This document shows, piece by piece, positions 1 to 6,459 of a stretch of 26,161 nt of DNA. Every line of letters starts with the position of its first letter. Position 1 is the stretch's first letter. The position numbers were made by a program, and so were the translations under genes. Where the stretch lies: the NCBI GenBank assembly GCA_031441465.1, contig JANOEP010000015.1, positions 1 to 26,161 on the forward strand. The letters are read 5' to 3'. A model generated the notes under the pieces. That model made no database searches, was not told the DNA's origin, and worked only from the letters and a program-made list of their open reading frames with translations. The DNA comes from a bacterium. Its GTDB lineage: Bacteria; Krumholzibacteriota; Krumholzibacteriia; LZORAL124-64-63.

Positions 1-2
1 GG

Positions 3-632
3 CTGCTCGAGGACGAGGTCGAACGACGCGCCCACAAGCAGCTCGAGCTGCGACTGCGACGCGCCGCCTTCACCGGCGAGAAGACACTCGAAGGGTTCGA
101 CTGGTCCTTCAACCCCAACCTCAACCGCCGGCAGATCCAGGACCTGGCCACCTGCCAGTGGATCGAACGCAAGGAGGTCGTGCTGATCGTCGGACCCAGC
201 GGCGTCGGCAAGAGCCACCTCGCCCAGGCCCTGGGCCAGGAGGCGTGCCGTCGCAGCTACCAGGTCCTGTTCACCTCCGTCGTGAAGATGCTGGCCCATC
301 TGCACGGCGGAAGAGCCGACGGCACGCGCGAACGCAGGCTGACCACGTTCCTGCGCCCGGACCTCTTGATCCTCGACGACTACGGGCTGACGCCCCTGCG
401 CGGCCACGAGCCCGAGGACTTCTACGAGGTCATCAACGAGCGCTACGAGCGGGGATCCCTGCTGGTGACCAGCAACCGCGACTACGGCGAGTGGCCCGCC
501 GCCTTCGGCGACAACCCGCTGCTGGCCTCGGCGGCTCTCGACAGGCTCGCCCACCGGGCGCACCTGATCACCATCACCGGCGCCAGCTACCGTGCCCATC
601 AGCGGCCGGCGGCCATGCAGATGCAGGAGTAA
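3..632 (+). CDS. istB: IS21-family transposition helper AAA+ ATPase IstB (5' truncated by window)
   Basis: Frame open from position 3: LLEDEVERR...LRRAAF..EKTLEGFDWSFNP..., Walker A GPSGVGKS, Walker B LLILDD, TSN and LDRL motifs, G.SYR near the C-terminus; stop TAA 630-632. Confidence 0.95.
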   Translation: MLEDEVERRAHKQLELRLRRAAFTGEKTLEGFDWSFNPNLNRRQIQDLATCQWIERKEVVLIVGPSGVGKSHLAQALGQEACRRSYQVLFTSVVKMLAHLHGGRADGTRERRLTTFLRPDLLILDDYGLTPLRGHEPEDFYEVINERYERGSLLVTSNRDYGEWPAAFGDNPLLASAALDRLAHRAHLITITGASYRAHQRPAAMQMQE

Positions 633-679
633 TGGACCATCAACCAGAGGCAGGATCAGAGGTGATCCGAGGGGTGAAG

Positions 680-730
680 TGGCTACCTATCGCGCGAAAA
701 CGGCTGGCTACCTTCAGGCGAGAATTGACA
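680..730 (+). repeat. IS21 right-end repeats and terminal inverted repeat
   Basis: Two copies of TGGCTACCT-N4/5-GCGARAA 25 bp apart, ending in TTGACA. Confidence 0.8.
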
Positions 731-914
731 TCGGCTAACACGTTGATGTCGTTCCACAAAACGAAGTCGCCCAGGGACTGGGGCGTCGTCAGGTCGAGGC
801 GCTGATCTGGGCAGGGCCCGAGATCATCGCGCCAGCGCCCGAGTGGGCGGACAGGGCCAGGATGGCGACCGACACGAACAGGAGGCGACGCAGGGGTGCT
901 TGAGCTTGGTGCAT
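731..914 (-). pseudogene. Probable 5' remnant of a secreted-protein gene, frameshifted and cut by the IS21
   Basis: GAGGAG RBS (923-928), ATG at 914, signal-peptide-like MHQAQAPLRRLLFVSVAILALSAHSGAGA, stop at 789-791; a shifted frame with GC-rich third positions (DQRLDLTTPQSLGDFVLWNDINVLA) runs up to the IS end. Confidence 0.5.
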
Positions 915-1007
915 ATCGGGAACTCCTCGCTAGGGCAGATCGACGACAGGCCGCAACGACGCGCGCTCACGCCCGCCTTGCAGCCCTATATAGGACTAAT
1001 ACTATCT

Positions 1008-1036
1008 ATTATATACGAACCCAGAATATCGGTCAA
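1008..1036 (-). promoter_or_regulatory. sigma70-type promoter TTGACC-N17-TATAAT
   Basis: Minus strand -35 TTGACC (1036-1031), 17-nt spacer, perfect TATAAT (1013-1008), in an AT-rich patch upstream of the ORF starting at 914. Confidence 0.8.
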
Positions 1037-1063
1037 GATCACGAGATCGGGCGACCGCCAACC

Positions 1064-1249
1064 TCACTTCGCCGCGGCCGCCTTCACCTTATGCAGCACT
1101 TCGCGCCCGTAGAGGTTGCAGGCACCCTTCTTGGCCTTGGGCAGCAGCGCCAAGTCCTTGATGGCCTTCTTGACCCTCGCGTCGGGCAGGCCGAGCTCCT
1201 TGGCGATGGCGCCGGCGGTCAGCAGGTCGGGGGTCTTGTCGGGAGTCAT
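1064..1249 (-). CDS. Small basic hypothetical protein, probable (winged) helix-turn-helix DNA-binding fold
   Basis: AGGAGG RBS, host-like codon usage, LLTAGAIAKELGLPDARVKKAIKDL resembles an HTH; Lys-rich. Confidence 0.75.
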   Translation of the reverse strand: MTPDKTPDLLTAGAIAKELGLPDARVKKAIKDLALLPKAKKGACNLYGREVLHKVKAAAAK

Positions 1250-1470
1250 GGGCCGGTCCTCCTGTTGATGGCGTGTTCGGTTCGACGTCGTGGTCCGCGT
1301 GGTTGATCGCCGACGGCCCGCCCGTCGCGGGAGTCAACGTTGGAGCGCCTTGACCTCGCCCCAGGAGCGCTCCTCGACGGGTTCCACCTGGATCAGCCAG
1401 GAAGAGAGACCGATCGCAACGATCCAACCCTGTCCGTCCGCGACGGCGACGATCGCGGCTGCGCACGCCC

Positions 1471-2133
1471 TCATGCCCGTTCCTCCGGGCTGGGGTCAGG
1501 CTCGCCCGCGACCGCCTTCAGCCGCGCCGCGCCCGCGGCCAGGATGCCCGCCTGCGCCGGCGACAGCAACGCGCCGCCGGAGACGACGAGCCGCAGCCCC
1601 TCCTCCACGCTCAGCGGCAGCACGACCACGTCGCGCCGCGGCAGCAGGAGGCAGAGGCCCGTGGCCGGGTTCGGCGGCGTCGAGACGAAGACCGCGATCA
1701 GGTCCTGGACGCCGTCGTCGGAGGTGACGAAGCCGAGGACGAAGCAGTCGCGCCGCGGGTACTCGATCAGCGCCACCTGGTGGAACGCGTTGCGCTGCGG
1801 GTTGAGCAGTACCTCGCCGATCTGCTTGGTGGTATCGACGACAACGCGCGCCAGGGGGACCCGACGCAGCGAACTCTCGACGAACTTGAAGAGTGCCACG
1901 CCGAACACGTTCTGAACCAGCACGCCCGCCAGCAGGATCAGCAGCAGGAACGCCGTCAGCCCGGACAGCGTGAGGAAGAACTCCGGCACCGCGTGCAGGG
2001 CGGGGATGCGCGTCAGCCAGGGCTGGGTGATCCCGTTGACCAGGCGGTAGATCTGCAGCAGCACCCAACCGGTGATGACCAGCGGGCCGACCGAGACCAA
2101 CCCGGCGAGAAAATAGTGTCGTAGTCTGGCCAT
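1471..2133 (-). CDS. DUF502-family membrane protein
   Basis: YFLAGL...PLVIT N-terminus, two hydrophobic segments, RVPL...TKQI, VALIEYPR, VFVSTPPNPATG motifs. Confidence 0.9.
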   Translation of the reverse strand: MARLRHYFLAGLVSVGPLVITGWVLLQIYRLVNGITQPWLTRIPALHAVPEFFLTLSGLTAFLLLILLAGVLVQNVFGVALFKFVESSLRRVPLARVVVDTTKQIGEVLLNPQRNAFHQVALIEYPRRDCFVLGFVTSDDGVQDLIAVFVSTPPNPATGLCLLLPRRDVVVLPLSVEEGLRLVVSGGALLSPAQAGILAAGAARLKAVAGEPDPSPEERA

Positions 2134-2297
2134 GGCGGCGGCCTGTCCTTCCGGTGGGCGTGCGGTCGCGTGGTCCGGGCCCGGTCCGGGCGGGATCCTG
2201 TCCGACGGGGAGTTTATGCTGCCGCGGGATCGCGGTATACAGCCGATCGATCCGATCCGCGGGGAAAGGGTCTCCCGGCGACGGCGGCCGAGAGGGG

Positions 2298-2318
2298 AAG
2301 TAGAATGTCATTCTAGTT
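2298..2318. promoter_or_regulatory. Palindromic operator-like site AAgTAGAATG-t-CATTCTAgTT containing a TAGAAT -10-like hexamer
   Basis: Perfect 7-1-7 inverted repeat at 2301-2315, AT-rich within a GC-rich intergenic region upstream of the DUF502 gene. Confidence 0.45.
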
Positions 2319-2369
2319 GGATCCCGCCGCCGAATCGACACCGGCAGCTTCTCAATACCGCCGGTCGAG

Positions 2370-3380
2370 TCAGGAATCAGCCGCCAGCCTGGCGCCGAGA
2401 TCGGCGCGAACCTCCGGCGGCGCAAAGCAGGCCGCCAGCGCCTGGCGCTGCATCTGTTTCGCCTGCTCGACCGACAACCCGAACACCTCCCGCGCCCGCG
2501 CATACTCCCCGCGCAGGCTGAGTCCGAACAGCGCCGGATCGTCCGTGTTCAGACAACACGGCACCCCCGCCGCGAGGAACGCCCGCAGGGGATGATCCGC
2601 GAACCCACCGACGGCCCCCGTGGCGACGTTGCTCCCCGGACACAGTTCCGCGAACACCCCCGCCCCCGCCATCAACGCCAGCACGTCCGGCGCACCCCCC
2701 GCTGCCGTCGCGTGTCCGATCCGCCACGCCCCGGCCAGCACCGCCGCGCGCACCGACTCCGCCCCGCCGGTCTCGCCGGCGTGCAACGTCGTGCCGAACC
2801 CCTCCCGCGCCGCCGCCGCCAGCAGCGGCGCGAAGTCGCCGGCCGGCAACGCGGTCTCCTCCCCTCCGATCCCGAAGGCGACGACCCCCAGCCCGGGCCC
2901 GCAACGCAGCGCCTCCTCCAGAACCTTCCAGGCGGCGTCCACCCCCCACTGCCGCACCGCGTCGGCCTGCCAGAGGATGGTGACCCCCCGCTCCTGGGCC
3001 ACCTGCGCGGCGGCCTCGTGCAGCGCAAGCTGAACCGGCTCCACGGCAATGCCCTGCCGCTGCATGACCCCGTACCCGACGGTCACCTCGGCGTAGACCA
3101 CCCCCTGCCCGGCGAGGGCCGCGCCGAGATCTAGGGCCGCCTCGTGGTAATCGCTTGGCGTCCGCAGCAGGGAGACGACCGCTTTGTAGCGCTCCAGAAA
3201 CTGGGCGAACCCTGCGATGGGCAGGTAGCCGGACCCGTCCGGCACCAGGCAGGCGTTGGGGACTCCCGGCTGCCCGTACCGCTCCGCGAGGGTTCGCAGG
3301 AGCCCCGGGGACAGGGAACCTTCCAGATGGACATGGAGTTCGATGAGGGCCATATCGTGGCTCTGGTTATGCTCAACCAT
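2370..3380 (-). CDS. add: Adenosine/adenine deaminase-family metallo-amidohydrolase
   Basis: ELHVHLEGS (HxH), YAEV, LHAGE, RIGHA, ELCPGSN, NTDDP motifs; start placed at ATG 3380 (AGGAGA RBS), ATG 3353 is an alternative; exact substrate not determinable. Confidence 0.85.
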   Translation of the reverse strand: MVEHNQSHDMALIELHVHLEGSLSPGLLRTLAERYGQPGVPNACLVPDGSGYLPIAGFAQFLERYKAVVSLLRTPSDYHEAALDLGAALAGQGVVYAEVTVGYGVMQRQGIAVEPVQLALHEAAAQVAQERGVTILWQADAVRQWGVDAAWKVLEEALRCGPGLGVVAFGIGGEETALPAGDFAPLLAAAAREGFGTTLHAGETGGAESVRAAVLAGAWRIGHATAAGGAPDVLALMAGAGVFAELCPGSNVATGAVGGFADHPLRAFLAAGVPCCLNTDDPALFGLSLRGEYARAREVFGLSVEQAKQMQRQALAACFAPPEVRADLGARLAADS

Positions 3381-3516
3381 GGATTCTCCTGGACTGTTGG
3401 CGGCCAGACCTGGATTGGGGGTTTTTACCCAACCGCGATGCAAGAAATGACTTGATCAAACCGGTACCCGACGGTCATCTTGTGCCAAGAACCCGCCCCT
3501 TGCAAGGAGGCCCGCC

Positions 3517-4947
3517 CTGCTCCGTTCGATCACCCAGCGTCGCTCCTTCGCCCTTGTGGCGATATTCTCTTCGGCTGCCGTGCTTTATGCATTGGCGGAC
3601 ATCTTGCCGTCGGCCCCTCCCTCGAGCTTCAACGGCGACCATGCCTCCATCCTGCTCGATCCCGAATTCCGCCCCGACTCCCGTCAGGAGACCGGTGCCT
3701 TCGAGTCCGGCGCGCCCGTTTCCGTGATCGGCAACGACGCCGGCAGCCTGCCCGCGCTTTCCCCCGAGGCGGCCGAGCGCCAGCTGGTCCTGAATCGCAA
3801 CGAGACCTTCTACGACGCCCTGCGGGCCCTCGGCGGCGACCACGCCGACATCATCGCCCTGGTGCAGTCCTGCAAGCCCTACCGCAACCTTGGCAAGGTC
3901 CGCCGCGGCGACGTCTTCCACTTCGCCATGGGCGTGGACGGGCAGGTCGAACGCCTGCGCTTCGACCTCGAGGATCAGGAGTCCTACATCACGATGCAGC
4001 GTCGGACCGACGGGTCCTACGAGGCCTTCGAACTGACCTACCCGGTCGAGCGGGTGCCGACCGTGGTGTGCGGCATCGTCAACGCCTCCCTGTCCGAAAG
4101 CCTCGAAGACGCCGGCGCGCCGGCCGCCCTGGCCTCGAAGCTCAGCGACATCCTGGGCTGGGAGATGGACTTCCGTCGCGACATGCGCCGGGGCGATTCG
4201 TTCCGCGTGCTGTACGAGGAGATCCGGCGCGACGGCAAGTTCCTGCGCACCGGCCCGATCCTGGCCGTGGAATACAACAACGCCGACCACACCCACCGCG
4301 GCTACCGTTTCGTGCAGCCCGACGGCAGCATCGGCTACTACGACCAGGACGGCCTCAGCCTGGAGAAGCAGCTGCTGCGGGCGCCCATCGAGTACGCGCG
4401 CATCTCCAGCGAGTTCTCGTCGCGCCGGCTGCACCCGGTCCACGGCCGCTACATGCCCCACTACGGCGTCGACTACGCCGCGCCCGTCGGCACGCCGGTG
4501 CGCGCCGGCGGCAACGGCGTGGTGTCCGAGGCGGCTTACGAGGGCGGCAACGGGCGCTACGTGAAGATCGTGCACAGCAACCGCTCGTACGAGACCTACT
4601 ACCTGCACCTCTCGCGCTTCGCCGACGGCGTGCGCAAGGGCGCGCGGGTGCGTCAGGGCGAGGTCATCGGCTACGTCGGCGCGACGGGCACGGCGACGGG
4701 TCCGCACCTGGACTACCGCGTCCGCAAGGACGGCACCTGGGTCAACCCGCGCACGTTGAAGCTGCCCGCGTCCGAGCCGATCGAGCGCGAGCATCTGGCC
4801 GCCTACCAGGCCACCGCGGCTCTCTACAGCTACTGCCTGGGCTCCCAGCCGGCCGGCAGCGGCACGCACATGATGGCGATGATGATGCCGCTGTTGCCCG
4901 TCGACGACGGCAACCTGCTGGCCTCGCTGACCCCGCCCTCTTCCTGA
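3517..4947 (+). CDS. M23-family peptidoglycan DD-endopeptidase (MepM-like) with N-terminal anchor or signal
   Basis: RISSEF..RLHPV, HYGVDYAAPVGTPV (HxxxD), YLHLS, VRQGEVIGYVGATG.ATGPHLDY; start CTG 3517 inferred from AAGGAGG, first canonical start is GTG 3556. Confidence 0.9.
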   Translation: MLRSITQRRSFALVAIFSSAAVLYALADILPSAPPSSFNGDHASILLDPEFRPDSRQETGAFESGAPVSVIGNDAGSLPALSPEAAERQLVLNRNETFYDALRALGGDHADIIALVQSCKPYRNLGKVRRGDVFHFAMGVDGQVERLRFDLEDQESYITMQRRTDGSYEAFELTYPVERVPTVVCGIVNASLSESLEDAGAPAALASKLSDILGWEMDFRRDMRRGDSFRVLYEEIRRDGKFLRTGPILAVEYNNADHTHRGYRFVQPDGSIGYYDQDGLSLEKQLLRAPIEYARISSEFSSRRLHPVHGRYMPHYGVDYAAPVGTPVRAGGNGVVSEAAYEGGNGRYVKIVHSNRSYETYYLHLSRFADGVRKGARVRQGEVIGYVGATGTATGPHLDYRVRKDGTWVNPRTLKLPASEPIEREHLAAYQATAALYSYCLGSQPAGSGTHMMAMMMPLLPVDDGNLLASLTPPSS

Positions 4948-4954
4948 GGCAGGT

Positions 4955-6418
4955 TCAGCGGCCCTCGGCGGCCGCGAGCAGGAAGGTCCGCAGAGTCGTC
5001 AGGATCTCCGCATCGATCGTGAACAGGGCGCCCCCGTCGGGCGCCCTTTCGCTTGCCGGCACGGTCCTCACCAGGGCCGCGGCGCTCCCACCGGTCACGC
5101 CCAGCCGGACCTCCACCGTCGCGGCGGCCGGCAGGTCCGGCGAGACCGGCAGCCAGGCCGTCAGGACGTAGACGGGTCCTCCCCCGTCCAGTGGGTCGCG
5201 ACTCCCGGCCGCCACCGGCTGCGCATCGAGCAGGTCGGTGCGGTCGAACAGCACCACGACGTCGCCCGCCAGTTCGTCCAGCCGGGAACGCCCGGCCGGT
5301 CGCGCCACGCGCCAGACATCGCCGGACTTCGTCGCCAGAATCCCGCCGAGACCCGGCGACGACAGCGAGAACGAATCCGCGGCCGCGAGCGTGGCGGTCA
5401 GCAGACCCAGGTGCAGGCACGACGGCAGCTCGGGACTCCAGTTCCGCAGGAGCTGGTCGGTCGTGACCAGCGGGGCGCGACCGCCGTTGCGGCGCCCCAA
5501 GGCGCGCTCATCGCCGGCCGGGCCGGCGAACGCGACCTCGTGCCACTGCCCGTCAGGGCCCGAGGCGATCACGACGAGTTCCCCGGCGCCCGCTCCCGCC
5601 GGAAAGTCCGCCGCCGCGCCGAACTCCAGGACACGGACGTCGGCCAGCAGCGACAGCAGGTTGCGCAGCGCGTAGTCGCGGGCCCGGTACCAGACGACGC
5701 CGTCGGCCTCGCGCCTGCGGTCGGCGCGACAGGCCTGGTACCGCAGCGCGGCCTCGGCCCGGGCCAAGCCGTCGGCCGGTTGGCGCAGCCACCAGCGCCG
5801 GTTTCCGTCGCGGACGTAGACGTCGGCCGCCGGGGCGCCCCGCCCGCGCACGCGCACGGTGTCGATGCCCGACGGATCGAAGCCCGGCCACAGGTCGCGG
5901 GCCCGCAGGGCGTCCGGCAGGGAAGCCAGGAACGCCGGCAACGCCGCGGCGACCAGGTAGACCCGGCCGTCCCCGTCGTCGCGGACATAGCTGTGGCCCG
6001 TGACGGGATTGCGATGGCCGATCGTCACGGCGCCGCTGCCGTCCGGCGTCGTCACCGCCAAGCGCCAGGCGCCCGGGCCGTCCAGCCCGTAGGCCGGGTC
6101 CTTCGCGTCGCCCGCGATCCGGTCCGAACGCTCCGACGACTGCAGGGTCTCGATCAGGCGATCGACGGCCCGGGGATCGGGGGCGTCCCGGACGTCGCCG
6201 TCCAGGCTCCAGCCTCGTGCGGTGCGCCGCAGCACGACGTGACGGTCCGGCCCGCTGATCTCACAGGCTTGCAGCTCGTCGAGCGGGAACCGGAAGAGGC
6301 GTCCGGCTGCGGTTTCGTCCCGCCCGTCGCCTCCCCGCAGGTACAGCACCGTCGCCGCCGCCAGGATCGGCAGCAGGATCCAGAATCCGCGGGGCAGCAG
6401 GCCGAGACGGAAATTCAA
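4955..6418 (-). CDS. DUF4340-type exported or membrane-anchored protein (487 aa)
   Basis: GGAGG plus TTG start at 6418, N-terminal TM helix, WSL...D..AVDRLIETL, YGLDGP, IG..NP...SYVR, LR.RDL motifs; typical position after a GldG-like gene. Confidence 0.75.
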   Translation of the reverse strand: MNFRLGLLPRGFWILLPILAAATVLYLRGGDGRDETAAGRLFRFPLDELQACEISGPDRHVVLRRTARGWSLDGDVRDAPDPRAVDRLIETLQSSERSDRIAGDAKDPAYGLDGPGAWRLAVTTPDGSGAVTIGHRNPVTGHSYVRDDGDGRVYLVAAALPAFLASLPDALRARDLWPGFDPSGIDTVRVRGRGAPAADVYVRDGNRRWWLRQPADGLARAEAALRYQACRADRRREADGVVWYRARDYALRNLLSLLADVRVLEFGAAADFPAGAGAGELVVIASGPDGQWHEVAFAGPAGDERALGRRNGGRAPLVTTDQLLRNWSPELPSCLHLGLLTATLAAADSFSLSSPGLGGILATKSGDVWRVARPAGRSRLDELAGDVVVLFDRTDLLDAQPVAAGSRDPLDGGGPVYVLTAWLPVSPDLPAAATVEVRLGVTGGSAAALVRTVPASERAPDGGALFTIDAEILTTLRTFLLAAAEGR

Positions 6419-6459
6419 CGCGGGCCTCCGGCGTCCGGGCGCGCGCGCCGGCGGACGGG

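Larger units (their letters stand above)
1..730 (+). mobile_element. IS21-family insertion sequence, right part (istB plus right end); continues beyond the left edge of the window
   Basis: istB ORF followed by two subterminal repeats (TGGCTACCT...GCGAAAA at 680-700 and TGGCTACCT...GCGAGAA at 705-724) and a terminal ...TGACA at 730, matching IS21-family end architecture (CA-3' terminus, multiple IstA-binding repeats). Confidence 0.88.

Noticed and set aside
158..805. 215-aa ORF overlapping istB
   Set aside because: Alternative frame with low-complexity composition that crosses the IS terminus
1363..1374. Perfect 12-bp palindrome AGGAGCGCTCCT upstream of the small HTH-like gene
   Set aside because: GC-rich, no associated promoter elements recognised; plausible by chance
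2140..2160. CCGGAAGG on the minus strand resembling the SRP RNA tetraloop
   Set aside because: Flanking SRP domain IV motifs (CAGG...AGCAG) are absent; it coincides with the DUF502 RBS region
3475..4869. 464-aa antisense ORF (and the 563-aa shifted ORF 3480-5171) over the M23 gene
   Set aside because: Shadow ORFs produced by GC3-biased codon usage; no recognisable motifs
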